Notes under the pieces: generated by a model
Told to the model about the DNA's origin: nothing
What the model saw: the letters and a program-made list of their open reading frames with translations, nothing else
The model's database searches: none
Shown: in pieces, positions 49,635-64,000 of the stretch
How the letters are laid out: each line of letters opens with the position of its first letter
Position numbering within the stretch: the first letter of the stretch is position 1
Program-made: the position numbers and the translations under genes
Assembly: GCF_006345805.1 (NCBI RefSeq)
Contig: NC_043021.1
Span: 16,554,001-16,618,000, forward strand
DNA: 64,000 nucleotides
From: Octopus sinensis
Taxonomy: Eukaryota
Direction: 5' to 3'

Positions 49635-51061
49635 GATATATTAATAATATATATATATATATATGTATATATTATATATAATATATATAATTATATATAT
49701 ATATATATGTATATATATATACTAGTATATATTATATATATGTTATATATGTAATCTATGTGTGTTGTGTGTGTGTTTGTCTCCCCTAAAGCGTTGCCTT
49801 GAACCACGATGCGTGGTGTGTTTTATGTCCCCGTTACTTTAGCGGTTCGGGCAAAAGAGACCGCAGAATAATTATGGGCTTACACCGAATAAGTCCCCGG
49901 GGGGTCGATTGTTTCGATTAAAGCAGTGCTGCATCATGGCCGCATTCCAATGACTGACACCAATAAAAGTAACGAGAGATATATTCAATATACCAACATC
50001 CCTACACTATATATACTATATTCCTATTAACAAGAAAAAAATAAATATATAATATAATATACATACATATATTACATACATCTATAGATTATATTATAAT
50101 ATATATATCTATATATATATATATACATATATATATATACATATATAGTAATAATTACATACATATGTGTGGGTTGTACCATTAATAAAAACTAAAAAAG
50201 GATTAAACTATCTAATGTCCATATATATATGGTGTGGTGATTATAAAGAATTAACGGATATTTGTTCAGTATCCTAGTATATTAGTTTGTGTATGCTTTA
50301 AAAAATGTATTTATCTCAATATGACACCACTATATATTTTTTAAAATGGAAATGACTCAGGCAATGCCAGTCAGGTGACTGTTGTTTACAAGCGGCTCTA
50401 TGACAGCAGCACTCAGGCCTCACACATATAAATACTCTGTTATTGTCACCAAATTTATAGAGATATGTGCGGTAGGAAGAGGGTGTTTGGGTGTGTATTA
50501 TAGCTAGATAGATATAGATGTATGCATATATATATATATGTGGGTGTGGTTGTGTGTGTTATACATGCAGACATATACATCTGTGTGGTGTTTGTGTTTG
50601 TATAAATATATATATATATATAATATATATATATATATATAATATATCTATATATATATATGCGCAGGAGTGGCTGTGTGGTAAGTTAGCGGCTAACCAC
50701 CACAATGGTTCCGGGTTCAGTACCACTGCGTGGCATCTTGGGCAGTGTCTTCTGCTATAGCCTTGAGCCGACCAAAGCCCTGTGAGGGATTTGTTAGACA
50801 GAAACTGAAAGAAGCCTGTCGTATATATGTATATATAATGTTGTGTGTCTATATGTTTTGTGTATCGGTGTTTGTCCTCTAGCATTGCTTGACAACCTAT
50901 GGTGGTGTGTTTACGTCCACGTCACGTAGTGGTTTGGCAAAAGAGACCGATAGAATAAGTACTGGGCTTACAAAGAATAAGTCCTGGGGTCGATTTGCTC
51001 GACTAAAGGCGGTGCTCCAGCATGGCCGCAGTCAAAATGACTGAAACAAGTAAAAGAGTAA

Positions 51062-51107
<46 letters not shown>

Positions 51108-51692
51108 TGGAGGCGCAATGGCCCAGTGGTTAGGGCAGCGGACTCACGGTCGTAGGATCGCGGTTTCGATTCCCAGACCGGGTGTTGTGAGTGATTGATG
51201 AAAATCAAAAGTTCCACGAGGCTCCGGCGGATGGTGGTGATCCTTGTTGTACTCTTTCACCACAACTTTCTCTCACATCTTGCTTCCTGTTTCTGTTGCA
51301 CCTGTATTTCAAAGGGCCAGCCTTGTGCACTCTCTGTCACCGCTGAATATCCCCGAGAGCTACGTTAAGGGTACACGTGTCTGTGGAGTGCTCAGCCACC
51401 TACACGTTAATTTCACGAGCATGCTGTTCCGTTGATTTGGATCAACCGGAACCCTCGTCGTCGTCGTAACCGATGGAGTGCTTCCATATATATATATATA
51501 TATGTATATATTATATATATAATATATATATATATATATATTTATATATATGTATGATGTACTATATATATATGTATTTATAATCTGTATATATGTAGTA
51601 TATATGTGTGCATGTATATATATATATATACATATATATGTATGATGTATGTTTATATATTTATATATTATGTGTGTGTGGTGTGTGTTGTG

Positions 51693-51724
<32 letters not shown>

Positions 51725-51828
51725 ATATACAACACACACACATATATATATATATATACATACATATATTGTCAATGTATCGTATATCCAAGAAAGAAAC
51801 ACGCTCTAAAGTATAGAGCAGTAAAGTA

Positions 51829-52305
51829 TTAAAGTGATAAAGTTTAATGTCTGGTCATAGACTGACCAATGGTTTCACATCCACAAAGGCTGTAGCTTCA
51901 CAGACAACTCATCAGACTCTAGTCCAAGAGTTGTCCATGAAGCTACGGTTAGCCTTATTGGATGTGAAATCATTGGTCATTCTTATGACCAGACATTAAT
52001 TTCATTACTTTAATATATATACATATATATAGAGTGGTTGCATACTGTCAACATAATGTGACAGTCCCATAAGAGAATTACACCACCGCTGTTTAGCCCT
52101 AGGAAGCATCGACGCTTCCTGTTGGCTTTGACATATTTCCTGTGTCCTTATATTTGTGAAGGGGAGGCAACCACCCCCAAATATAAGGACACAGGAAATG
52201 TGTCAAAGCTGACAGGAAGCGTCAATGCTTCCTAGGGCTAAACAGCGGTGGTGTAATTCCCTTACGGGACTATCACGTTATGTTGACAGTATACAACCAC
52301 TCTAT
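51829..52305. mobile_element. Two adjacent fold-back (palindromic) MITE-like elements, 51829-52013 and 52029-52305
   Basis: The second has ~128-bp arms around a ~21-nt spacer, with TA flanks. Confidence 0.8.
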
Positions 52306-52380
52306 CGCTCCACCACCGCTCATGTCTCTTTGAGACATTTAGAAATTCAATATTTCTAATATATATATATTTATATTCTA

Positions 52381-52700
52381 GAAGACTCCGCCGGTTACGA
52401 CGACGAGGGTCCCAGCTGATACGATCAACGGAACAGCTTGCTCGTGAAATTAACGTGCAAATGGCTGAGCATTCCACAGACACGTGTACCCTTAACGTAG
52501 TTCTCGGGGATAATCAGCGTGACACAGAGAGTGACAAGGCTGACCCTTTGAAATACAAGTACAACTCATTTTTGCCAGCTGAGTGGACTGGAGCAACGTG
52601 AAATAAAGTGTCTTGCTCAAGGACACAACGCGTCGCCGGGAATCGAACTCACAACCTTACGATCATGAGCCGAATGCCCTAACCACTAAGCCACGCGCCC
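52381..52700 (-). mobile_element. SINE family C with a well-preserved tRNA-like head (GGGCGCGTGGCTTAGTGGTTAGGGC...GAGTTCGATTCCC). Related heads and bodies near 26227(+), 51108(+), 3780-3960(-), 7250-7520(-)
   Basis: A-box and B-box followed by GTGTCCTTGAGCAAGACAC and a shared body. Confidence 0.8.
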
Positions 52701-53027
52701 TCACTATATTTATATATACAACAAATGAAAGACAGAAGATGGAATATACAAGAATTTATTATTAATCATGACAATTGTTTCAATACATCTAGCATCGATT
52801 CCTCTTGTAGGACACTCAACAACTGATTCAGGGCATCCTGTGGTGCATATGTATCTTGTCAGGGGATAAATAAATAAATAAAAACAACTCGTTAAAATGA
52901 CTGTTCCACAATGTAACTTTCTGTTTTGTAGCGAGCAAAACAGCCAGACGGAGGAAAAATCTTCATGTATATAGAAGATCGACAATAAAATTCAGAAGAC
53001 AAAATAAGAAATGAACATGTAATCCAG

Positions 53028-53240
<213 letters not shown>

Positions 53241-53317
53241 TAGATATAGATAAACAGATAGACAGACAGGCAGATAATTATGGATAAATATATATATATT
53301 ATATATATGTATGAGTA

Positions 53318-53365
<48 letters not shown>

Positions 53366-53389
53366 TATATCTATATAAGTGTGTGTGTG

Positions 53390-53750
53390 TGTATAGAGAA
53401 TTTTTAAGGCAATCCTTAAACCTTAGTTTAGGCTTATGCGCTGGTCTCCTGCCATCTTCCGGCTCACTATCCAATAGCTGCTTGGGCAGTCACTCATCAC
53501 TCATCCTTACCAAATGCCCAACCCCCTCAAACATGTTTGCAAAATCATTGATTCTATGCTTCTACTGCTACTCCTCTCAAGCACCTCCACATCACTAATG
53601 GCCATTTTCCAGTTTATCTCCGAAATTTTTCTCAGACAGTATTGATGAAATCGTTCCAATTGCTTTCCCTGCATACGGTAAGTAACCCATGCCTCACTTC
53701 CATACAGCAAAGATCGGAGGACGCATGCGTTATATACCTTAACTTTAATT
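53390..53750 (-). mobile_element. RTE (BovB-like) LINE fragment, degenerate
   Basis: LLYGSEAWVTY...LERFHQYCLRKI...DVEVLER, followed by G.R....PKLRFKDCLK. Confidence 0.8.
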
Positions 53751-54554
53751 TGTGAAGATATATTATGTTGTTTCCATTGATGCCTATCAAGCCTACCAAA
53801 AGCACTAGGAAGGGTTAAGGATTGCCCTAAAAGTGCTCTATTACAAACAGGAATCGCAGCTGGTAATTGGGAGAGGGAAACGCAAGACCATGATGGATGG
53901 AGGAAGATAGTGCATGATGGTTATTCAAGGTCTGAGAGTGAGAGAGTGAAGTATGAGAGAATTAGGAAGGGGCTTAGAAGAGGGGAACCTGTGGAAAGTG
54001 AGAGAGTGTTGCTTTTTTATGTGTGTGGTTTGTGGGTGAAAGTGTTTAAGTCATGCAGGCCTGGTGAGCCATCAAAATTCTCATAGAAATCAACCCATGA
54101 TAAATAATGATGTGGCTCTTTTACTCTTTTTTTTTAACTCTTTTTTACTTGTTTCAGTCATTTGACTGCGGCCATGCTGGAGCACCGCCTTTAGTCAAGC
54201 AAATCAACCCCGGTACTTATTCTTTGTAAGCCCAGTACTTATTCTATCGGTCTCTTTTGCCGAACCACTAAGTGACGGGGACGTAAACACACCAGCATCG
54301 GTTGTCAAGCAATGCTAGGGGAACAAACACAGACACACAAACATATTCACACACACTTATATATATATATACATATATACGACAGGCTTCTTTCAGTTTC
54401 GTCTACCAAATCCACTCACAAGGCATTGGTCGGCCGGGGCTATATAGCAGAAGACACTTGCCCAAGATGCCACGCAGTGGGACTGAACCCCGAACCATGT
54501 GGTTGGTTAGCAAGCTATTTACCAAACAGCCACTCCTGCGCCTATTAAAATTCA

Positions 54555-54740
54555 TAACAGAACATGTGTAAAATGTGGAAGGGCGTGCCTCTCAGTTGGA
54601 GGTCTAAAAAGCCGTGTTAAGTGAGTGCATATGGTAACACCTGTTTCTCCTGCCAGCCAGCACAGTTGTCTAGTATGTAATAAAATGTATAAAAGCTTGG
54701 CTGGGCTTAAAAGTCATGTAAGGGCACACATGGCAACAAT
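54555..54740 (+). mobile_element. Two degenerate C2H2 fingers, probably the C-terminal finger region of an RTE-type LINE
   Basis: CVKCGRACLSVGGLKSRVK*VH and CLVCNKMYKSLAGLKSHVRAH. No TGEKP linker, and there is an in-frame stop. Confidence 0.5.
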
Positions 54741-57290
54741 CATGCATCATTTCTGTAAGTCTTCTTGGCAATGGCTTTTCTCGTGTAACAAGGATGCAGC
54801 TGTGGTATGTATGTAGATATATATATATATATATATCGCGTGTGTACTGTTAGCAATTTTTTTCCTCTGTCTTCCCTTCTCTGGATCTTTCCTTCTCCTA
54901 TGTTTCCGACGAAGAGCTCCGCTCGAAACGTTAAACCTTCCTTCTTTCCTTCTTTCCTGAGCGTCCAATAATACTATATTTGTTCCACGTCCTTGCGTTG
55001 TTGTGTTTTTTTTGTGCTTTCATGTTTGGATTAACTATATATATATATATACACACACACATATATATACAGAAATGAAGGATATGAGGTGTTTTCATCA
55101 GGAAGACTCAAACTAACTGGTATGCATTCTGAGTGCTCAAATAGGTAAATAGATAAATAGAGAGATATAGATATGTGTGAATGCCTATATCTCTTTGTAT
55201 ATTTATTTCTATCTCTCTATGCATGTGTGTGTGTGTGTGTGTGTGCGTGCGTGTGCGTGTGCGTGTGTGCGTATATACATATCAAAATCAACTAGAAATT
55301 GTAGTTGTGATCCCTGTGCAGATGGCACGTAAAAAGTACCATCTGAACGTGGCCGATGCCAGCACCACCTTGACTGGCTTCTGTGCCAGTGGTATGTAAA
55401 ATGCACCAACCAATCACGGCCATTGCCAGCCCCTTCTGGCCCCTGTGCCAGTGGCCCGTAAAACTGTCCAGCCCATGGAAAACAGATGTTAAACGATGAT
55501 GTTGATGATGATGATGATGATGATGATATGTGTGTGTGAGGGCGTACTAGAATGTCCTCCTGGCTCTGGAGAAAAGAAAATACAGGAGAATTATGATTTT
55601 ATTTGCACATTTATTGCAGCGGTGCTTCCGTTTTTCTAAGCCCTGTAAAAAAACTCAGAAGATTGAACCTCCAACCAGGCCTTTTGTGATTCTCTTAAAG
55701 CCAGGAATTTTTCAGCACTCTCTTGTATATGTAGGAATGTATGTATATAGTTCTTGGGTTGTAGCTATGCAGCACCAAGCATTTCCTCAGGTTGCAGACT
55801 GAGGAACAGCCATCAGTACGATGGTTAACTGGCAGAAATCTTAGCACGCCGGGCGAAATCCTTAGCGGTATTTCGTCTGCCGTTACATTCTGAGTTCAAA
55901 TTCCGCTGAGGTCAACTTTGCCTTTCATCCTTTCAGGGTCGATAAATTAAGTACCAGTTACGCACTGGGATCGATGTAATCGACTTAATCCATTTGTCTG
56001 TCCTTGTTTGTCCCCTCTATGTTTAGCCCCTTGTGGGTAGTAAAGAAATAGGTATTTCGTCTGCTGCTACGTTCTGAGTTTAAATTCTGCCGAGGTTGAC
56101 TTTGCTTTTCATCCTTTTGGGGTCAATAAATTAAGTACCAGTTATGCACTGGGGTCGATGTAATCGACTTAATCTGTTTGTCTGTCCTTGTTTGTCCCCT
56201 CTGTGTTTAGCCCCTTGTGGGTAGTAAAGAAATAGGTTAACTGTGATATAAAGTATGATGATGAGTCAATAAGAAGTCGCAGACAACACATCAGCAGGTT
56301 CTGAGGATACCCTGGCTTGAAGTGTGGTAACCTCCTGCTACTAATAACTACTTGCAATGTCCAAAGACATTCTTATGTTCAGGCGAGCAAGGGTCGCTTG
56401 TTGACTTAGCCCTGCCTCACCTTCTCGCCTTTGTCAAATCCAGAACAGCATCTGTGCCAACATCTGATTGCAGCCCTGCTCAATGCCCCCTTTGTTTCTT
56501 TCTAGCATTCAGTGGCAAGTCATGTGTTTTATGTTGCTGTTAGCTACAACAGGATAAGGGGCCAAGTGAGCTGGTTGCAAAGACATCCCACTACATACAG
56601 TGGACACAACAGCTTGCTACAGTTTGTCCATGATTCCCAGTTATCCTGGATTTCCTCCATGCCACTGGACCAGACACAGGTAAATCAAATTGTGCAGTGG
56701 AGGATTGCACATCCTTCTCATTACTGAGAATAAATCTTTGCACAGACTTTGAGCCATCTCAATCTTCTTTTCCTCCATTTTTCTCTCAAATGATGAGCAA
56801 ACTAGAAACATAAAACTTAACAATTATGATTATATCAAAATCGACTATAATGTTAAATATTAATTTTAATTTATAAGGTAGGAAACCCACCAATAATCTA
56901 ATATCGGTATTAGTCTATTTCTAATTACATAAATATTTAAAAATGACTAATATATATAAATTATCAATGAAAATATATAAATGTATATAAATATTATAAT
57001 TAAGATCTAAAATAATCTCTATAAATAAATATATATGCACATATAATAAAAACCTAATAAATTAATTTTTCATATTTAAAGATGAAATAGCTAATTTCAA
57101 AATACAAATAAACAAACTTAAACGAACTTTCGGAAATCTTATGTAAAATCCTTATAGAAATAATCAATTCATACACTTTTTCTATTCCTGAGCGCTATAC
57201 ATTTCGAGCCTACGCTCTTCGACACGGAAAAAAACAAGGAGAGAGAAAAAATGCATGTAGGAGCTAACGGTCTATCATGGTGTTATAATC

Positions 57291-57325
<35 letters not shown>

Positions 57326-58857
57326 TAGTCAATTCAAAGAACAAGCAATTTTAACAAAAAAAAAGAAAAAAGAAAAAAAAATTGGGGGTGGGGGGAGGCA
57401 GTTGTTTAGATCGACCCCAATACGCAACCGGCACTTAATTTATCGACCCTGAAAGGATGAAAGGCAAAGTCAACCTCAGCAGAATTTGAAGTTAGAATAA
57501 ATATTTGTAATTGAATAACAAATGTGTTTATGGATATCAATACAGGGGAATGAGTAATTAATTCACTTACTGATTGATTAATTTTGCTCCATCGTTGTTA
57601 ATTAATAAATGAGGAATTAATGAATATGTGAAATTAATGTGTGTATGTGTGTATGTGTATATGCATATATATATGTCCATATATATATGTGTACATATAT
57701 GTATGTATATATAAATATATATATATATATATATGAGTGTGTATATATTTATATATATATATATCATCATCATCATCATCATCATCGTTTAACGTCCGTT
57801 CTTCATGCTAGCATGGGTTGGATGGTTCGACCGGGGATCTGGGAAGCCAGAAGGCTGCACCAGGCTCCGGTCTTATCTGGCAACGTTTCTACAGCTTGAT
57901 GCCCTTCCTGACGCCAACCACTCTGAGAGTGTAGTGGGTGTTTTTTATGTGCCACCTGCACTGGTGCCAGGCGGGGCTGGCATCGGCCACAGTCGGATTG
58001 GTGCGTTTTATGGAAGCCAGTCGAGGCAGCACTGGCTTCGGCTACGATTCGGATGATGCATTTTATGGAAGCCAGTCGAGGCGGCACTGGCTTCGGCTAC
58101 GATTCGGATGGTGCTTTTTACGTGCCATATATGTTTGTGTGTGTATGTATATATATGTGTGTTTGTGTATGTGTGTGTGTTTGTGTATGTGTGTGTTTGT
58201 GTGTGTGTGTATGTGTCTGTGTGTATGTATATATGTATGTCTTAAAAGTCAACAATTTCTAAATCAAATGACTAACCCTTGTTGTTGCTTTTGTTGTTAT
58301 TGCTGTTCTTATTGTTTAACCCCAGGTCAGGCCTGATCCAGCAGACCCATGATGAAAAACATTTTGAGAGGGAAACTGGTAGTGTAGGACATGAGGAAGA
58401 TTTGGCTACTATTTCTAGCAGGTCCTCTTTGGTTTCACTAATATTTATTGTTCACATTAATAAAGTCATTCATTAATTTCCTTTTATATATATATATTTA
58501 CTTTTTTTGTTTAATAGGTGCAGGTATGGCTGTGTAGTATGAAGCTTGCTTCCAAACAACATGGTTCCAGGTTCAGTCCCACTGCGTGGCAACTTGTTCA
58601 GTTGCCTTCTTCTGTAGCGTTGGGCTGACCAAAGCCTTGTAAGCAGATTTGGTAGATGGAAACTGAAAGAAGCCTGTAGGTGCAGACACAGGTGTGTGGT
58701 AAGTAGCTTGCTTCCCAACCACATGGTTCTGGGTTCAGTCTCACTGCTTGGTAATTTGGACAACAATCTTCTACCATAGCCTTGGACTAATCAAAACCTT
58801 GTGAGTGAATTTAGAGGATAGAAACTGAAAAAAGCCCCTTAGGTGTGTATGTATGTG

Positions 58858-58912
<55 letters not shown>

Positions 58913-58916
<4 letters not shown>

Positions 58917-59031
58917 TTTTTGTGTAATGAGATAAAAAAAAACAAGGATGTATAGATATTAGAGCATTTATCTATAAATGCTCTAATATCTATACAGCCT
59001 TGGTTTTTTTATCTCAATACACAAAAAATTC
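58913..59031. repeat. Near-perfect ~120-bp palindrome
   Basis: Centre TAGATATTAGAGCATTTAT-CT-ATAAATGCTCTAATATCTA. Confidence 0.85.
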
Positions 59032-59632
59032 ATATATACACACGCTGACATAGAACCAATGTTGAACCCTTTATCCGCAATATTACCGAATCTGGAACTT
59101 AACTATGGTCTGTCTATAGCACTTATTCAGCATTATCTGACACCTTTGGGTCTCAATGACACCATTATCTCTTATATATATATATATATATAAAATTCGA
59201 TGACTGGCATCTGTGCTAGTAGAGCACTAAGAGCACCATCTGAGCGTGATCGTTGCCAGGGCAGCTAACTGGCTTCCGTGCCAGTGACATGTAAAAAGCA
59301 CCATTTGAGCGTGATTGTCACCAGTGTCGCCTTACTGGCACTTGTGCCGGTGGCACATGAAAAAACATTCGAGCGAGGTTATTGCCAGTGCCGCTGGACT
59401 GGCTCCTGTGCAGTTGGCACATAAAAAATACCACTTGAGCGTGGCTGTTGCCAGTACCAACTGACTGGCCCTTGTGCTAGTGGCACATAAAAGCACCCAT
59501 TACACTCTCGGAGTGGTTGGCGTTAGGAAGAGCATCCAGCTGTAGAAACTGAAACTCTGCCAGATCAGATTGGAGCCTAGTGCAGCCATCTGGTTCGCCA
59601 GACCTCAGTCAAATCATCCAGCCCTTGCTAGC

Positions 59633-59687
<55 letters not shown>

Positions 59688-60756
59688 GTCTTCCATATAG
59701 TTTCTGTCAACTAAATACAAAGCATTGGTCAGCACGGAGTTATAGAAAAGAACACTTGATCAAGACACCATGCAATGGGATCGATCCTGCAACCACATGG
59801 CTGCAAATGAGCTTCTTAACCACACAACCATCCCTGTGCATATGACTTGAATGGTTCAATTAAATAGAGAATTATTCCGGTACATCCAGACTCAGAGAAT
59901 TCCAGTACATTTCAACTTGGAGAATTTCAAATAGTTTGACCCAGAGAAGTTCATGCAGTTCAGACTTGTCTATTTATTTATTTGTTTGTTTGTTTGTTTT
60001 GTGATGCAGTTTGGGAATAATGGCATTGTTGGTTCCAGGTTTACACTGCGACTAATCACGGATTCATTGTAGTATTTCAGATGCCAACAGTCATAGAATG
60101 CCGCCAGTAGTTATTCAGTTCTTCTCTCTCGCATTTTATGTCCATGGTTGATGTTCATCTGTGAATTATATACCTGCACATACAAATATACACACATATA
60201 CACACATGGATGCAGATATATAATCAGGCAAATGTATATATATATATACATAAACACACACACAAACACACACACAAACACACACACACACACACATAAA
60301 AGTGGGTTTCAAATTTTAGCACAAGGCCAGTAATTTCGAGGAAGGAGGTAAGACAATTACATCAACCCCAGTGTGCAGCCCTCTTTATAAATAGTTCCAG
60401 ATCTGCCCCTATTTATCATAGAAAAATAGAACATAATTGAACAAAACATTGACTTGCTTAAATTGAAGAAGTGAGATCCTTTCACACTGCAGACATCAAA
60501 GTAAATTCATCTTGAAAAAGAATCATCAGAACTACAAATAGGATAGACAACCAATGATACAGCAACAGCAGTACAGCCAATGAAAACATGGAAACATGGA
60601 AATATGCAAATGCCAATGGCAACAGAATGCTAACCCTCCCCCCATCTCATCCATACCCCTACTCCCTTATCCCCCCAAAAGAATCTACCTACATTCATAT
60701 TTACAGGAATCAAACTATAAGCAATTAACTCAAACCAAGCACACAAACCTACATTC

Positions 60757-61160
60757 ACATGGTCTCAAAAATTTGTCCTACGAAGAAAGGCTGAGGACGC
60801 TCGTGGTGATCTCATTCTCGCCCACAACATCATAAGCGGAAAGTGTAACCTCTCGAAAGAGCTGTTCTTCACTCCTGCTCCAGGGCGTCGGCTGCGGGGT
60901 CATTCCGAAAAGCTCTACCTGCGACGATTTCATCTCAATCGAAGGAGAGGAGCTTTCTCCGTCCGGGTTGCGGATCCGTGGAACAAGCCGCCAGACGAGA
61001 TGGTGAAGATGCCGATGACCGCTTTGTTCAAAGCCTCCCTGGACCTCAAGTGGCCTGAACTCTTTACATGAACACCACCCTGTACTTAACTCCATGTCCC
61101 CCTACATGGCCTTGCTATTTGCTTTTGAGCCAAATTAACTAACTAACTAACTAACTAACT
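60757..61160 (+). mobile_element. CR1-like LINE 3' end with (TAAC)n tail
   Basis: GLKNLSYEERLRTL...DLILAHNII...LRGHSEKL...FSVRVADPWNK...ALFKASLD; stop at 61069-61071; (AACT)n at about 61135-61160. Confidence 0.85.
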
Positions 61161-62967
61161 ACACCCACACAACCACCCACACCCTCACACAAGCACCCAC
61201 AAACACACATACAAATACACATATACAGGAATCCATAACACTCATCATTGAAAATCACTCAACCATAAAAGCGATATGCAGAGCCAATGTCCCACAAACC
61301 TTAAATAAAAAGCTTTCTGTACAATTTGACCCAACAGGACAAGCAAATCTGACGAAGGAAATATTCTGAAAATGACAAAATTCAGAGTAAAACCAATGAA
61401 CCGTGAAGGAGAAAAGCTTTTCAGTGTAATAACAGTGTTCTGCTGTCAAACAGGATTTATTTACGCCTTAAAGAATTTATCTTAAATAAATTACATCAAC
61501 AGAATATTTTCTATGAATAACAGAATTTTTCAAAAAAATTTGAGGGGCCAATATTCCATAAAATGAATTCTATATACATTAAATTATATGAGATGAACAC
61601 TCAATTAGGTTGGTTTTGTTGAATTTACACATAACCATTAATGGGTTGCTTTTAAGGAGTATAACCAGTGTAGGTTGTCATCTGTCATACATCAAAAAGT
61701 AAGGCTCTTTGAAATTTTGGAGGAAGAATTTGGTCTTGTGTCAGCAAGTCTAAATAGGCTCGTTTCTTATATTTAAGATTGGCATAGAATTGTGGAGAAA
61801 ATGGATCTTTTCTGTGAGGTAGGGATAATATGACTATGATTTATTGTTAAATACTGTATCTTATCTAACATTACTCAAGGGGCACTAGCAGTTTCTCATC
61901 TTTAATTTCCAAATGTACTTTGAAAGTGATGTGGTAATTATTTTATAATTGACGAGGACATGACAAGCAGTTGTGCTGCTGCAGATGACTCTCAAAGGAA
62001 CAGTGAAGGCAACATCCCTGCTCTATGATGTAAATGTTAGCACAACTAACCTTACCAGTCTTCTATTGATGTCTGACACAGAAAATTAAACATCATGGTG
62101 TGTGTGTGTATTTGTGTATTGATTTAGGCATTTGTATGCAACATACTGGACGTAAAAATGACAACTAACTCCTGGAAAAAGATGTTAAGATTTATAAAGA
62201 TTTACAATTTACTTTGGACGTATTTATGGCATAGAGGTTTGGTGCAGGAGTAATAATCAAGAGCGAATGTCAAGAAACATTCTGTCATAAGTCTGGTTCA
62301 AGGGATTGGAGAAAGTTTGATGAAAAACAAAAAGCCTGTCGTTTGAGTTTTGACAGGACAAAGTAATTTATTGAAATAATAGTAGTTTGTCTATGGTTTG
62401 AACTAAATTGATTTGTATAAAGCTTGAAATAAAATAGTGGCATTAGAATTGTGATTGCTAAATTTGTAATGAGAGTTGTAATTTGTTGTTATTGTTGTTG
62501 TTGTTGTTGCTCATGACAACTTTGGTCAAGGAGACCTATAATCAAAATCATTCCAGTCATGACAGCCTCGTTTTTTTTTTTTACAGGGATATCTAGAATT
62601 ACACTAACCTGTGCTTTTCCTACTCAAGAAGGTGATGACGTATGATTCAAGGGTGACTTCATTCACATGCATTCCTAGCATATCAAGCAACCACACAGAG
62701 GTTTCATTATTCACATTGTTTTAAATTAGTCATGTATTATCTTGTAGTTTCAAGATCTTGATGATGTTGTCGCCGTTGTCGTCGTCATCACCATCATCAT
62801 CATTTAACGTCCATTTTCCATGCTGGCATGGGTTAGATGGCTTGAATGAAACTGGTTAGTTGCAAAGCTGCACCAGACTTTAGTGGTTTCTACAGCTGGA
62901 TGCCCTTCCTAGCACCAACCACTCAATAGAGTGTATGAGGTACCTTTTACTTGTCACTGACATGGGT

Positions 62968-63266
62968 GTTGTTGTTGTTAAGCAACAAGACAGGTAAGGG
63001 TGATTAGGTGATGGTCTAGGGCTTAGGGGCGGGAGACCCCAGACCTTGGGGAAAAAAACAAAAAAACTTTGGTTGTCTTGCTGTAGTCGAGGGCTCCTCG
63101 TTGACGCCCGACACCACTGGGAGGTGGCCCTTGATGTTGCTGGAAATGGAGATCTCCAGGTCCAAATTCTTGGATGGCTGCTGCTGTTCCTGTTGTTGTT
63201 GGTGGTGATGGTGGTAGTGGTTGGTGTTGTGGCTGCTGCAGTTGTTGTTGTCGTTGCTGCTGCTGC

Positions 63267-63309
<43 letters not shown>

Positions 63310-63515
63310 AAGCAACAAGATGGGTAAGGGTGATTAGGTGATGGTCTAGGGCTTAGGGGCAGGAGACCCCAGACCTTGGGAAAAAAAACAAAAAAACTTT
63401 GGTTGTCTTGTTGTAGTCAAGGGCTCTTCATTGACACTCGACACCAACCACTGGGAGGTGGCCCTTGAAGTCGCTGGAAATGAAGATCTTCAGGTGCAAA
63501 TTCTTGAACGGCTGA
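62968..63515 (+). repeat. Direct duplication of a ~210-bp segment (about 62968-63180 and 63300-63515) separated by (GTT/GCT/GTG)n
   Basis: GTTAAGCAACAAGA...GGTAAGGGTGATTAGGTGATGGTCTAGGGCTTAGGGGC occurs twice. Confidence 0.85.
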
Positions 63516-64000
63516 CATGGGTGTCACAATGCCATTGTAGGGTAGGTATGAGAGGCCAGATCTGGCTGGCTTGAACATAGAACATGCAGAATATTTAGGC
63601 TGGATATGGACAATTTCAATGCCAGTGGATTAGTGCTTTTGGCTAATATCATATGTTGGTGAACATAGGCGCAGGAGTGGCTGTGTGGTAAGTAGCTTGC
63701 TAACCAACCACATGGTTCTGGGTTCAGTCCCACTGTGTTGCATCTTGGGCAAGTGTCTTCTGCTATAGCCCCGGGCCGACCAATGCCTTGTGAGTGGATT
63801 TGGTAGACAGAAACTGAAAGAAGCCTGTCGTATATATGTATATATATATATATATATGTATGTGTTTGTGTGTTTGTGTTTGTCTCCCTTAGCATTGCTT
63901 GACAGCCGATGCTGGTGTGTTTACGTCCCCGTCACTTAGCGGTTCGGCAAAAGAGACCGATAGAATAAGTACTGGGCTTACAAAGAATAATAAGTCCCGG

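Noticed and set aside
54625-54816. Possible host C2H2 zinc-finger gene
   Set aside because: Only two fingers, one with a stop. No TGEKP linker and no exon context. Better explained as a LINE remnant.
56230-56810. GC-balanced non-repetitive stretch that looks like coding sequence
   Set aside because: All frames I read contain stops and I recognised no domain. It may be an old retroelement fragment; it needs a BLASTx.
61349-61376. CTGACGA-A-GGAA-ATA-TTCT-GAAA hammerhead-like motif (and CTGAAGA at 49210)
   Set aside because: No stem III/NUH or stem I could be formed. At most these are decayed relics.
62056-62072. 17-nt AG...GTAAGG micro-exon-like segment on the minus strand
   Set aside because: Such sites arise by chance, and there is no evidence linking it to the gene.

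Overview
Eukaryotic genomic DNA, AT-rich and dominated by repeats. The SINE, LINE and microsatellite content points to an octopod cephalopod (Octopus sp.); this is inferred, not verified. The window holds one protein-coding gene: a POT/PTR2-family peptide/histidine transporter, SLC15A4-like, on the minus strand. It has 8 coding exons between 42557 and 2490, all introns are GT-AG, and the protein is about 640 aa if repaired. As given, exon 6 is 1 nt short, so its 3' part and the exon 6/7 splice phase are out of frame. This is either an assembly indel or a real loss-of-function allele. The rest is interspersed repeats: several tRNA-headed SINE families, 3' fragments of RTE, CR1 and R4/Dong-like LINEs, non-autonomous Helitrons, piggyBac- and hAT-like MITEs, fold-back elements, minisatellites and microsatellites. 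The most notable non-genic signals are (i) minimal Penelope-type hammerhead ribozyme motifs, one with a canonical core in the sense orientation of intron 1; (ii) a 21-copy 51-bp minisatellite amplified from 17 codons of an RTE ORF; (iii) an R4/Dong-like fragment embedded in (TACA)n; and (iv) inverted SINE pairs bracketing exons. Most ORFs in the supplied track are repeat or microsatellite artefacts.
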